Part shown: positions 47,782-57,051 of the stretch, in pieces
Position numbering within the stretch: position 1 is the stretch's first letter
How the letters are laid out: the number at the start of each line of letters is the position of its first letter
Source of the DNA: an uncultured Bacteroidales bacterium
Lineage (GTDB): Bacteria > Bacteroidota > Bacteroidia > Bacteroidales > UBA4181
Direction: 5' to 3'
Length of the DNA stretch: 64,000 bases
Assembly: GCA_964349835.1 (NCBI GenBank)
Contig: CAYGID010000001.1
Coordinates: 43,973-107,972 of the forward strand
Translations under genes and position numbers: made by a program
Notes under the pieces: model-generated
What the model was told of the DNA's origin: nothing
Seen by the model: the letters and a program-made list of their open reading frames with translations, nothing else
Database searches by the model: none

Positions 47782-48530
47782 GAAGTTTTGGATTAATCGG
47801 GAAATCGCTCTCCCATTCATTCTCTGCCGACTATTTCGGCAGCCGGTTTGCCCGCGACAAGATTGTCGACGCATCGTACCGGCTCTTCCCGATGCCCGAC
47901 CTTTCGGAGTTCAGGACCTTTGTGCTATCGGACCCTTCGCTCCGCGGTTTGAATGTCACCATTCCCTACAAAGAGGCAATTATTCCCCTCCTCGACAGGC
48001 TCTCGCCCGAAGCGGAGGCGGTGGGCGCGGTGAATACAGTGGCTATTGCGCGCAAAGGGAAGGAGATTTTTCTCACCGGTTACAATACCGACACCTATGG
48101 ATTCGACAGTGCGCTTTCGCCACTCCTCAGGCCCCAACATACGCGGGCTCTGGTTCTGGGAACAGGCGGAGCCTCGAAAGCGGTGAAGTATGTTTTGGGG
48201 CAAAAGCAGATAGAAGCGGCCTTTGTTTCGCGAACCGAAAAACCGGGGGTTTTTAAGTGTTATCAGTCGCTTTCGGTTGCCGACATTTCGCATTACACGC
48301 TCATTATTAACACGTCTCCCGTGGGAATGGCACCAAATGCCAACGAATGCCCGCCCATTCCATACGAGGGAATCTCTGCCCAACACTTGGTTTTCGATTT
48401 GATTTACAATCCGGCACAGACCCTCTTTCTCAGAAAGGCCTCCGAAAGGGGAGCCGTTGCGGAAAACGGACTGACCATGTTACACCTGCAGGCAGACCGG
48501 GCCTGGGAAATCTGGTCGGGACTTAACTAA
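47778..48530 (+). CDS. aroE: Shikimate dehydrogenase
   Basis: 250 aa with GKSLSHSFS, LNVTIPYK and GTGGASKAV motifs. It shares an ATGA overlap with dedA. Confidence 0.9.
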   Translation: MRSFGLIGKSLSHSFSADYFGSRFARDKIVDASYRLFPMPDLSEFRTFVLSDPSLRGLNVTIPYKEAIIPLLDRLSPEAEAVGAVNTVAIARKGKEIFLTGYNTDTYGFDSALSPLLRPQHTRALVLGTGGASKAVKYVLGQKQIEAAFVSRTEKPGVFKCYQSLSVADISHYTLIINTSPVGMAPNANECPPIPYEGISAQHLVFDLIYNPAQTLFLRKASERGAVAENGLTMLHLQADRAWEIWSGLN

Positions 48531-48537
48531 TTATATC

Positions 48538-50670
48538 ATGATGACTAACATATCCTTTCGCAAAATCCGTAATCGTATCTTTCTGCCCGTTCTCGCCTTG
48601 TTACTGGGTATCGTACTGGTTTCGTACACCCACTGCAACCGTGAGGGAAAAGATGAGGTGCTGATTCAGCTGGTGCTTAAGGCACTCGACTATGGACACT
48701 ATATGCCCCAGGAGATTAACAACAATTTTTCGGAGAATGTCTTTTCGTCGTTTATCGACAATCTTGATTATGGAAAGCGTTTTTTTACCGCCCGCGACAT
48801 GGAGAAGCTTTCGGCTTTCAAGCAACATATCGACGATGAGTTGTTGAATGGACAGTTTAACTTTTTTAACACTGCCGTGAAAATCTATCGCGAACGGGTA
48901 AAGCAGGCCGAATCGCAATTCAAAGTGATTCTTTCGAAACCGGTAGATATTGAGAAGAACGATACCTTCGAAACCGACGCAAAGAAGGCGGTGTTTGCCC
49001 TAGACGATTCGATGTTGCATCTTTCGTGGGAGCAGGCTCTTCGCTACCAGATTGTGAGCAAGATTTATGAAACGCAAACGGCCCAGAATGCGGCAAAAGA
49101 GAGGTCCGACACGGTAACGCTAAAAACAGTTGAGCAACTGGAAGCCGAAGCCCGAAAGGATGTGGCAAAGTTGTACAGCGACTATTTTACCCGCCTGGTT
49201 CAGCAAAACGACAACGATATGTTTGCGCTCTACCTGAACTCTATTACGGCAGTCTATGACCCCCACACTCAGTATCTCCCTGTAAAAGAGAAAGAGGATT
49301 TCGACATCACCATGTCGGGGCAGTTCGAGGGAATCGGAGCCACGCTCCAGGCCAGCGAGAATTATGTGAAGGTAGTTGATATTGTACCCGGAAGCCCCTC
49401 GTGGCTCCAGGGCGATCTGAAGGTAAACGATTTAATTCTGAAGGTTCGCCAGGAAAATGCAGTCGAACCGGTAGACTTGTACGGCATGCGAATTGACGAT
49501 GCCGTAAAATTAATCCGAGGCAAAAAGAGTTCGAAGGTGACCCTTTCGGTGCGCCATATAGACGGCTCGACAGAGGATGTTACCATTACCCGTGGGGTTG
49601 TGGTGATTGAGGAGACCTACGCCAAATCGGCCATCCTGATTGATTCGCTCAGTAAGGCAAGGGTAGGATACATTAACCTTCCCAAATTCTACGCCGATAT
49701 GAACAATTCCGGTTCGGGAAGGTTCAGCGCCACCGATGTGGCTGCCGAGATAGAGAAGTTGCGCTCCGAGAATATCAGCGGGTTGATTCTTGACCTGCGG
49801 AATAACGGGGGCGGTTCGCTACCCGATGCAGTACAGATGGCAGGACTCTTTATTGAGAGCGGCCCTATTGTGCAGGTGCACTCCAGAGACGGCCGTTCGC
49901 GTGTGCTCTCCGACACCGATCCTGCCGTTCGCTACGATGGAAGCATGGTGGTGATGATTAATCCACTGAGCGCTTCGGCTTCGGAGATTGTGGCAGCGGC
50001 CCTGCAAGACTACAAGCGGGCCGTGATAGTGGGCAGTCCTTCGAGTTTCGGAAAAGGTACGGTTCAAACCATTATGGACCTCGACGAAATGATCAGGCTA
50101 ACGAATACCGGCACCGAAAAGCCTAATCTGGGATCGCTCTTTCTTACGATCCAAAAGTTTTTCCGTATTAATGGCGGATCGACCCAGTTGATGGGCGTGA
50201 AATCGGATGTTGTGTTGCCCGATCTCTACAGTGTGATGGATATTGGCGAAAAGACCGAAGATTTTCCGCTCGCCTGGACAGAGATTAAACCGGCCAATTA
50301 CAAGATTTGGCCCAAACAGGATTTGGTTCAGAAGGCCGTAGAAAGGGCTCGCGAAAGGGTGGCTGCTTCGTCCGATTTTGCGATGCTTCGCGAGGAACTG
50401 CAAGAGGTGAAAGCGCAGAGAGACCTATCGAAGGTTTCGCTAAACTACAGCCAATATGTTGAGAGGGAAGAGGAGCGGAAAAAGATCTCGGAACGATTCG
50501 ACAAAATTAATTCGCGGCAAAATTCGCTTGATATCAGAGTACTGGCAAAAGATCAAGCTGCACCCTCCGATTCGGTTCAAGAACAGCGAAACAAGCGCTG
50601 GATTAACTCCATCAAGAAGGATATCTATCTGGAAGAGGCTGTCCGTATTGCTCTCGACATGAAACCCTAA
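48538..50670 (+). CDS. S41-family carboxy-terminal processing (tail-specific) peptidase
   Basis: 710 aa with an N-terminal anchor, a PDZ-like region, LRNNGGGSL and the catalytic-Ser region NPLSASASEI. Confidence 0.9.
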   Translation: MMTNISFRKIRNRIFLPVLALLLGIVLVSYTHCNREGKDEVLIQLVLKALDYGHYMPQEINNNFSENVFSSFIDNLDYGKRFFTARDMEKLSAFKQHIDDELLNGQFNFFNTAVKIYRERVKQAESQFKVILSKPVDIEKNDTFETDAKKAVFALDDSMLHLSWEQALRYQIVSKIYETQTAQNAAKERSDTVTLKTVEQLEAEARKDVAKLYSDYFTRLVQQNDNDMFALYLNSITAVYDPHTQYLPVKEKEDFDITMSGQFEGIGATLQASENYVKVVDIVPGSPSWLQGDLKVNDLILKVRQENAVEPVDLYGMRIDDAVKLIRGKKSSKVTLSVRHIDGSTEDVTITRGVVVIEETYAKSAILIDSLSKARVGYINLPKFYADMNNSGSGRFSATDVAAEIEKLRSENISGLILDLRNNGGGSLPDAVQMAGLFIESGPIVQVHSRDGRSRVLSDTDPAVRYDGSMVVMINPLSASASEIVAAALQDYKRAVIVGSPSSFGKGTVQTIMDLDEMIRLTNTGTEKPNLGSLFLTIQKFFRINGGSTQLMGVKSDVVLPDLYSVMDIGEKTEDFPLAWTEIKPANYKIWPKQDLVQKAVERARERVAASSDFAMLREELQEVKAQRDLSKVSLNYSQYVEREEERKKISERFDKINSRQNSLDIRVLAKDQAAPSDSVQEQRNKRWINSIKKDIYLEEAVRIALDMKP

Positions 50671-50680
50671 TCTGCACGGC

Positions 50681-50812
50681 GTGAAAACCCGGCTTTCTAC
50701 TCTTTTGTTTTTCATGGTTGCACTGTGGTTGCTGAGCAGTTGCTCGGCGCAGCGATCGGCATACAAGAAATATAACCTGCCCCCCTGCAAGTGCACTTCA
50801 CTGCGGCGGTAG
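50681..50812 (+). CDS. Candidate 43-aa lipoprotein (not in the ORF track)
   Basis: The GTG start lies 11 nt after the peptidase stop. The sequence V/MKTRLSTLLFFMVALWLLSSCSAQRSAYKKYNLPPCKCTSLRR has a basic n-region, a hydrophobic core and the lipobox LSSC. Confidence 0.4.
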   Translation: MKTRLSTLLFFMVALWLLSSCSAQRSAYKKYNLPPCKCTSLRR

Positions 50813-50845
50813 CTATGTAGCATGCAAACAAAGGGAGTCACCTCA

Positions 50846-50863
50846 GCGCACCTATGGGTGCGC
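50846..50863. terminator. Short hairpin at the convergent junction, overlapping the glgB stop codon
   Basis: gcgcacc-tatg-ggtgcgc forms a 7-bp GC-rich stem with no clear T-run. Confidence 0.35.
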
Positions 50864-52915
50864 CAACAGGTCGCGAGTGCTGCGGGTAGCCTCTTTGCGG
50901 AGCACCAGTCCGCAGCGAGCCGGAAGGTAGAGTTTTAGGAAGTGGTTAACCATGGGTTTTTCGGGATGGATATTGCTGGTAAAGTAAGCCATCACAGTAT
51001 CCACGCGGTCGAATCCGCTGTATTCGGGGGCATCGGTCGAGAGCACAATGCGGTATTTTCCGGGGCTCACATCGAGCCCGTAGTCAGAGTAGGAGATAAA
51101 GGGGTGAAAGTTAAATACAAACAAAAAACCACTTCGCCCAAACACCAACACCTTACCATCGTTGTTTTCGTGCACCATCACCGGAGCATCGGCAAAAAAA
51201 TGCGAGGTTTCGTTCCCCAACAGCTTGATCATGTCGCGGTCGAATGCGGCAAGATCCTGAAAACGAAGCGAGCGGTTGTCGACAAGGCTCCACTGTCGGC
51301 GGGCATACGCATACGACCAATTGTTGCCCTCTCGTGGAAAGTCAATCCACTCGGGATGGCCAAACTCATTCCCCATGAAGTTGAGGTATCCGTTCCCCGC
51401 GGTGGCAAAGGTGATAAGCCTGATCATCTTGTGAAGGGCTATCCCCCGGTCGACAATCGGATTGAGATTGGCACGCGACATACCACTATAAATCTCCTTG
51501 TCGACAAGGCGGAAAAATAGGGTTTTGTCACCCACCAGGGCCTGGTCGTGCGATTCGGCATATCCCACGGTTTGTTCGTCCGAACGCTTGCGCGACAATT
51601 CGTAATAGAGTTCGCCCATGTTCCACGATTCATCGGGATGATCCTTTACCAATTTAATCCAGTAATCAGGAGTCCCCATGGCCAGGCGGAAATCGAATCC
51701 GAACCCCCCTTTATCCTGGGGACAGGCAATACCCGGCATGCCGCTCATCTCCTCAGCCACGGTGATTGCGCTCCCCCTAAACTGGTGAATTAGTTTGTTG
51801 GCCAGAATCAGGTAGTGGATGGCATCCGGATCTTCGGAGCCGTCGAAATAGAGTTCGTACCCCGTAAAGTCGCGCTCAAGCCCATGATGCGTATAGAGCA
51901 TACTGGTGACCCCATCGAAACGGAATCCGTCGATATGGTACTCCTCCAGCCAGAATCGGCAATTGGAAAGCAAAAAATGGAACACTTCGGGCTTCCGGTA
52001 GTCGAAACAGAGTGAATCCCACGCGGGATGGTTTCGGCGAGGTCCGCTGTGAAAAAACTGATATTCGGTACCATCGTAATGGTTCAACCCCTCTAACTCA
52101 TTTTTTACCGAATGCGAATGCACCAGGTCCATAATGACTCTGATACCAAAACCGTGTGCTTCATCAATGAGCTGCTTCAGATCGTCGGGAGTGCCAAACC
52201 GAGAACTCACGGCAAAAAAGTTCGACACATGATAGCCGAAGGAGCCGTAATAGGGGTGCTCCTGGATGGCCATCAACTGTATGGTGTTATAACCCGCCAA
52301 CACAATTCGAGGCAATACCAGAGTACGAAACTCGTTAAAGGAGCCTATTCGCTGCTCTTCGGTGGCCATGCCCACATGAGCCTCGTAAATGACAGGTGAG
52401 GCGTCGCCAGAAGGAACCATTGCATCGCAAAGCCATTTGTATGGGGTTTCGGGATCCCAAATTTGCGAGGAAAACATGAGGCTCTCCATATCCTGAACGG
52501 CTCTGCGGGTCCACGCGGGAATCCGCTCTGCCTGCCCCCCATCCCAACAAATAAGCAGCTTATAGATGGTTTCGTGACCCACAATGGTGCCTGGAACAAA
52601 GAGTTCCCACCTTCCGCCCTCAAGGGGATTGAAGGCAAACTCGGGAAGGGGCTGCCAGCCACAAAAAGGACCGACGAGGAAAACTTGGCGGGCATTGGGG
52701 GCCCATTCTCTGAAAACCCACCCCTTATCGGTGCGATGAACGCCAAAGTAGTGGTGCCCGCAAGCGAAATCGGAGAGTGAAGCGCCTCCTGTTAAAGAGA
52801 TCTCCTTTGCGGCAGCCCCTTTTAACCGACCGATAATTTGATCGGCAAAAGGCTCCAGAAGGGGATCTTGCTCAATAATAGGCAGCGTTTCCATAAAAGC
52901 AGCATCATCAACCAT
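50852..52915 (-). CDS. glgB: 1,4-alpha-glucan branching enzyme (GH13)
   Basis: 687 aa with the GH13 conserved regions DLVHSH, GFRFDGVTSM, AEEMSG and YAESHD. Confidence 0.9.
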   Translation of the reverse strand: MVDDAAFMETLPIIEQDPLLEPFADQIIGRLKGAAAKEISLTGGASLSDFACGHHYFGVHRTDKGWVFREWAPNARQVFLVGPFCGWQPLPEFAFNPLEGGRWELFVPGTIVGHETIYKLLICWDGGQAERIPAWTRRAVQDMESLMFSSQIWDPETPYKWLCDAMVPSGDASPVIYEAHVGMATEEQRIGSFNEFRTLVLPRIVLAGYNTIQLMAIQEHPYYGSFGYHVSNFFAVSSRFGTPDDLKQLIDEAHGFGIRVIMDLVHSHSVKNELEGLNHYDGTEYQFFHSGPRRNHPAWDSLCFDYRKPEVFHFLLSNCRFWLEEYHIDGFRFDGVTSMLYTHHGLERDFTGYELYFDGSEDPDAIHYLILANKLIHQFRGSAITVAEEMSGMPGIACPQDKGGFGFDFRLAMGTPDYWIKLVKDHPDESWNMGELYYELSRKRSDEQTVGYAESHDQALVGDKTLFFRLVDKEIYSGMSRANLNPIVDRGIALHKMIRLITFATAGNGYLNFMGNEFGHPEWIDFPREGNNWSYAYARRQWSLVDNRSLRFQDLAAFDRDMIKLLGNETSHFFADAPVMVHENNDGKVLVFGRSGFLFVFNFHPFISYSDYGLDVSPGKYRIVLSTDAPEYSGFDRVDTVMAYFTSNIHPEKPMVNHFLKLYLPARCGLVLRKEATRSTRDLLAHP

Positions 52916-53071
52916 TTTCTAAAGGTGGAGAATTCGGCCGAACTCTCCAAAGGAAACATTTATTATTTTTGCACAGCCAAAACAGAACAGACAAGGTGAA
53001 GGCGCCGTTTTGACGCTTAGGAAATAGAGAATAAAATGCATTGAATCTTTTGGTTATTTGCGAACAAACTG

Positions 53072-53079
53072 TACCTTTG
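53072..53079 (+). promoter_or_regulatory. -7 promoter box (TAccTTTG) for rpmE2
   Basis: TACCTTTG lies 43 nt upstream of the ATG at 53122, with a TTTG about 12 nt further upstream. Confidence 0.5.
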
Positions 53080-53121
53080 CAAACCGTTTGTGAAAATAGA
53101 ATCTCTTAAGGCATAAGTGTT

Positions 53122-53376
53122 ATGAAAAAGGACCTGCATCCGAAAAACTACAGATTGGTGGCATTCAAGGACATGTCGAACGAACATACCTTCATTACCC
53201 GTTCGACCGCTGCTTCCAGGGAAACCATTGATATCGACGGAGTTGAATACCCGTTGATTAAGCTTGAAATCTCCAATACGTCGCATCCCTTCTATACCGG
53301 CAAGATGAAGCTGGTTGATACCGCCGGACGTGTTGACAAGTACATGAGCCGATACAAAAACTACAATAAGAAATAG
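53122..53376 (+). CDS. rpmE2: 50S ribosomal protein L31, type B (no CxxC zinc motif)
   Basis: 84 aa: MKKDLHPKNYRLVAFKD...SHPFYTGKMKLVDTAGRVDKY. Confidence 0.92.
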   Translation: MKKDLHPKNYRLVAFKDMSNEHTFITRSTAASRETIDIDGVEYPLIKLEISNTSHPFYTGKMKLVDTAGRVDKYMSRYKNYNKK

Positions 53377-53450
53377 TCTCCCTATCCGGGAGCCCTTCTT
53401 ACTGTTCCGAGTTTTTGTCCGGTATCGGACTCTGTGGAAAATGTAAAAAA

Positions 53451-53491
53451 GGCCGTTGCTGACGAAAAAAGTTAGCAACGGTCTTTTTTTT
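53451..53491. terminator. Bidirectional terminator between rpmE2 and lolD
   Basis: Stem ggccgttgct/agcaacggtc is flanked by A6 upstream and T8 downstream. Confidence 0.8.
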
Positions 53492-53561
53492 ACTGCTCTA
53501 ATGCAGCGCTGGCGCGCAATGCGCTAATGCAACAATACGCTAATCGTCTTTGGCGCTCTGC

Positions 53562-54236
53562 CTAATTGGATGATACTGCCTCTTCCGAGAGGATCAGGCC
53601 ATCCTGCATGGTGAGTTTCCTGTGCGACTTCGCTGCCAGATGCTCATCGTGCGTTACAATCACGAAGGTTTGCCCAAAATGGCTGCACAAGGTAAAAAAG
53701 AGATTATGCAACTCCTCCTTGTTGTGCGAGTCGAGATTGCCCGAGGGTTCATCGGCAAACACCACCAAAGGATCGTTGATGAGCGCTCTGGCCACTGCAA
53801 CACGCTGCTGCTCGCCTCCGGAGAGCTGACCAGGCTTATGGTCGAGCCGCGAAGAGAGCCCCATGAAGTCGAGGAGTTCCGCGGCCTTTTTTCGGGCCGC
53901 ATCGGCCGAAAGGCCGGCAATCCAAGCCGGAATGCAGACATTTTCGATAGCAGTGAACTCGGGAAGAAGGTTGTGAAATTGGAAGACAAAACCTATTTTC
54001 CTGTTACGCACCTTGTCGAGAGCCCGTTGCGGCATCCCGGTAACCTTGATTTCGTCAATAAAAACCTCGCCCGAATCGGGGCGCATTAAGGTACCCAAAA
54101 TTTGCAACAGGGTGGTTTTTCCGGCGCCACTCGCACCCACAATCGAAACCACTTCGCGAGAAGGAATAACCACATCAATTCCCTTCAGCACTTGCAGGGA
54201 GCCGAACGATTTACAGATTTGTACGGCTTTTATCAT
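53562..54236 (-). CDS. lolD: ABC transporter ATP-binding protein, LolD/MacB-type
   Basis: 224 aa with Walker [10 protein letters not shown], signature [15 protein letters not shown] and Walker B VVFADEP. Confidence 0.82.
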   Translation of the reverse strand: MIKAVQICKSFGSLQVLKGIDVVIPSREVVSIVGASGAGKTTLLQILGTLMRPDSGEVFIDEIKVTGMPQRALDKVRNRKIGFVFQFHNLLPEFTAIENVCIPAWIAGLSADAARKKAAELLDFMGLSSRLDHKPGQLSGGEQQRVAVARALINDPLVVFADEPSGNLDSHNKEELHNLFFTLCSHFGQTFVIVTHDEHLAAKSHRKLTMQDGLILSEEAVSSN

Positions 54237-54241
54237 GTGGG

Positions 54242-54817
54242 TCAGGCCTCTTGCGAAGGCTGCGATGGGTTTTCGGGATCCGTAGCAGGCGCTTCAACCG
54301 ACGCGGTCTGTTGTCGGTAATAGTAATCGTCCATCACGGGTTCGTCTAACGAAGCCGAAGAGGTTTGTTCGGAAGGGGCCGCCGAAACGACCGAAACGGC
54401 AGTCGGTTGGGGATAATCGGAGAGTTCGGGGGCAGGTTCATCGCCGTTGTAGTTGCCGGCCGAAGTATCATTGCCCCATTCAGGCGCACTGCCCACAGCG
54501 GCAGCACCTGTTAACCAGGTTGCCTGATTAGAATCGGAATCGGCCTGGTTCACGGCATCGGCCAAATCTTCGGCCGGATTAATGGCCTCCTTTTCGAAAG
54601 TTTCGGTGAGATTGCTTTTTATCTCATCCACATCTTTACGCAAATCTGAAAGAATCCCCCCGTCGACCGAAGATATCTCACGCTTGATGTCGTCAGATGC
54701 TTTTTTAAACTCACGAACCCCCTTCCCGAGCCCTTTTGCCAGTTCGGGAATTTTGTTCGCGCCAAAAAGGATCAACACAAACAGTAAAATCAGAAATATT
54801 TCGCCTCCGCTAATCAT
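54242..54817 (-). CDS. tatA: Sec-independent translocase TatA/E-family protein with a ~140-aa acidic C-terminal extension
   Basis: The N-terminal 48 aa [40 protein letters not shown] form a TM helix plus an amphipathic helix. The rest of the protein is rich in Asp, Glu, Ser, Ala and Pro. Confidence 0.8.
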   Translation of the reverse strand: MISGGEIFLILLFVLILFGANKIPELAKGLGKGVREFKKASDDIKREISSVDGGILSDLRKDVDEIKSNLTETFEKEAINPAEDLADAVNQADSDSNQATWLTGAAAVGSAPEWGNDTSAGNYNGDEPAPELSDYPQPTAVSVVSAAPSEQTSSASLDEPVMDDYYYRQQTASVEAPATDPENPSQPSQEA

Positions 54818-54836
54818 ATGTTATGGCCTTGGGCAG

Positions 54837-55622
54837 TTAATCATCGAGCAAACCTTTCAAAATCCCCCTCTTAGAAGAGCGGACAAATTCGATAATGGTG
54901 TTTCTCTCTTCGGTGGCATCAAAGTTATCCTCAATAAACCGGATTGCATCAGCATAATTCATGCCTTGATTAAACAGTACCCGATAAATATCCTGAATTT
55001 CGTTGATTTTATCGTTTCCAAAGCCTCTGCGACGGAGCCCTACGGTGTTAAGACCACAGTATGCAAGGGGTTCGCGACCGGCAATGATGTAAGGGGGTAC
55101 ATCTTTTCCTACAAGCGAACCGCCACGGAACATCACGTGTTCGCCCACCTTCACAAATTGGTGAATCATGGTTCCCCCGCCCAAAATTGTCCAGTCGCCC
55201 AACGAAACTTCGCCGGCGATTCCGGAGTAGTTTACCAGCACACAGTGGTTGCCCACTACGCAGTCGTGGGCAACATGAGTATAGGCCATCAGGAGGCAGT
55301 CGGTTCCCACAAGGGTTGTGCCCTTCGAAGCCGAACCTCTATTCACGGTGGCACACTCGCGCACAGTGGTGCGGTCGCCAATCTGAGCAAGGGAGTACTC
55401 GCCGTTGAACTTAAGGTCTTGCGGAATGCCGGCAATTACGGCACCGGGAAAAATGCGGCAGTCGTTCCCGATTCTGGCACCATCCATAATAATGGCGCCT
55501 GATCCGATCCAACAATTATTACCAATCTGCACATCGGCCGAGATATTTGCAAAGGGCTCAATGACTACGTTTTCGCCGAGCTTTGCATCGGGATGAACAA
55601 AAGAAAGGGGGTGTATATTCAT
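54837..55622 (-). CDS. lpxA: Acyl-ACP--UDP-N-acetylglucosamine O-acyltransferase
   Basis: 261 aa with left-handed beta-helix hexapeptide repeats and a helical C-terminal domain. Confidence 0.94.
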   Translation of the reverse strand: MNIHPLSFVHPDAKLGENVVIEPFANISADVQIGNNCWIGSGAIIMDGARIGNDCRIFPGAVIAGIPQDLKFNGEYSLAQIGDRTTVRECATVNRGSASKGTTLVGTDCLLMAYTHVAHDCVVGNHCVLVNYSGIAGEVSLGDWTILGGGTMIHQFVKVGEHVMFRGGSLVGKDVPPYIIAGREPLAYCGLNTVGLRRRGFGNDKINEIQDIYRVLFNQGMNYADAIRFIEDNFDATEERNTIIEFVRSSKRGILKGLLDD

Positions 55623-55635
55623 GGTGATGATATTA

Positions 55636-57036
55636 TTACGCTTTGTTTTTAATAATCTGAGCCATCAGTTCGCCTTCCGAAACGAGGGTTTCGCCTACAA
55701 AGGCCTGACCAAACATCATTACGATACCCCTGCGGATATCTTCGGTAAGTTCAAGCTTGAGAATCAGGGTGTCGCCGGGAACTACCTTCTTTTTAAACTT
55801 CACTTTATCGATTTTCAGAAAGTAGGTGGAGTAGTGCTCCGGATCGGGAACGGTGCTCAAGGCAAGGATACCTCCCACCTGCGCCATGGCTTCTATCTGT
55901 AAAACGCCCGGCATAATCGGCTCATCGGGGAAGTGACCCATGAAGAAGGGTTCGTTCATGGTGACGTTTTTTACCCCCACCACCGAGCGCTCATCGAGAT
56001 AAATGATTTTGTCGACCAAGAGCATAGGAATACGATGCGGAAGAATATTCTTGATGCCGTTTACATCGTAAACCGGCGTTTGCATGGGATCGTAAACCGG
56101 AATCCGGACTTTAGCAGACTCTTTTCGAATGAGTTGTCGTACATGTTTGGCCAGTTCGGTATTGGCAAGATGACCCGGACGCCTGGCAACTACACGGCCC
56201 ACAATGGGCATCCCGATAAGCGAAAGGTCGCCTACCAAATCGAGCAGTTTGTGGCGGGCAGGTTCGTTGTTGTAGTGCAGTTCCAGATTGTTCAGCACCC
56301 CTTCGGGCTTCACCCTGAGATTCGCCATATTGAACAGTTCGGCCAGATGCGACAATTCGGAGGGGTCCATGGCCTTCTCGGCGATCACGATGGCATTCTG
56401 CAGATCGCCTCCTTTAATGAGATTGTGTTTGAAGAGCGCCTCCACTTCGTGCAGGAACACAAAAGTGCGACACATGGAGATCTCCTTTTCAAAATCGGAA
56501 ATTGCGGGGAGCGAAGCGTACTGGCTTCCCAACACCTTCGAATTATAGTCGATCATCACATCGGCACTGAAGTGGTCGGCAGGATAGATGCAGATGCTGA
56601 CACCCCTCTCGGGTTCGTTGTATTCGATAGGTTCCTTAACCACATAAAACGCACAAGGGGCCTCCTGTTTCACAATGCCTGCCTCGTGAATTGCCTTCAC
56701 AAGTAAGGAGGAGCTACCGTCCATGATGGGGGCTTCGGGGCCGTTAATCTCTATTAGGGCGTTGTCGACCGACATGCCGGTCAAGGCAGCTAAAACATGT
56801 TCTATGGTGCTAACTTTTGCCCCGTTCTCAACAAGGGTAGTTCCGCGCGAAGTGTCGGTAACAAACTCGGCAAGTGCGTGAATCAGTGGCTTCGATTCGA
56901 GGTCGACCCTACAGAAAACATATCCGTGGTTTACGGGGGCCGGATGAAAGGTCAGGGTGACAGGCAAACCGGTGTGAAGCCCTTTTCCGGTTACTGACAC
57001 AGGTTTGCCAATGGTCTGTTGCTGTCTTGCTATCAT
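55636..57036 (-). CDS. lpxC/fabZ: Bifunctional UDP-3-O-acyl-GlcNAc deacetylase / 3-hydroxyacyl-ACP dehydratase
   Basis: 466 aa with an N-terminal LpxC domain (GKGLHTG, TTL..., HH pair region) and a C-terminal FabZ hot-dog domain (LPHRIPMLLVD...GHFP..PIMPGVL). This fusion is typical of Bacteroidota. Confidence 0.95.
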   Translation of the reverse strand: MIARQQQTIGKPVSVTGKGLHTGLPVTLTFHPAPVNHGYVFCRVDLESKPLIHALAEFVTDTSRGTTLVENGAKVSTIEHVLAALTGMSVDNALIEINGPEAPIMDGSSSLLVKAIHEAGIVKQEAPCAFYVVKEPIEYNEPERGVSICIYPADHFSADVMIDYNSKVLGSQYASLPAISDFEKEISMCRTFVFLHEVEALFKHNLIKGGDLQNAIVIAEKAMDPSELSHLAELFNMANLRVKPEGVLNNLELHYNNEPARHKLLDLVGDLSLIGMPIVGRVVARRPGHLANTELAKHVRQLIRKESAKVRIPVYDPMQTPVYDVNGIKNILPHRIPMLLVDKIIYLDERSVVGVKNVTMNEPFFMGHFPDEPIMPGVLQIEAMAQVGGILALSTVPDPEHYSTYFLKIDKVKFKKKVVPGDTLILKLELTEDIRRGIVMMFGQAFVGETLVSEGELMAQIIKNKA

Positions 57037-57051
57037 TGGGTGAAGGTAAGG

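Noticed and set aside
53017-53121. Possible Zur (zinc) operator upstream of the type B L31 gene
   Set aside because: I see no palindromic operator-like sequence around the promoter box. Type B L31 appears to be the ordinary copy in many Bacteroidota, so zinc regulation need not apply.
53491-53570. Four CTAAT-containing short repeats (gctctaatgca, gcgctaatgca, acgctaatcg, gcctaattgg) between rpmE2 and lolD
   Set aside because: The spacing is irregular (26, 16 and 22 nt) and there is no dyad symmetry. The location is downstream of two convergent genes, where a regulatory site is unlikely, and the last copy is simply the lolD stop region. This is probably chance.
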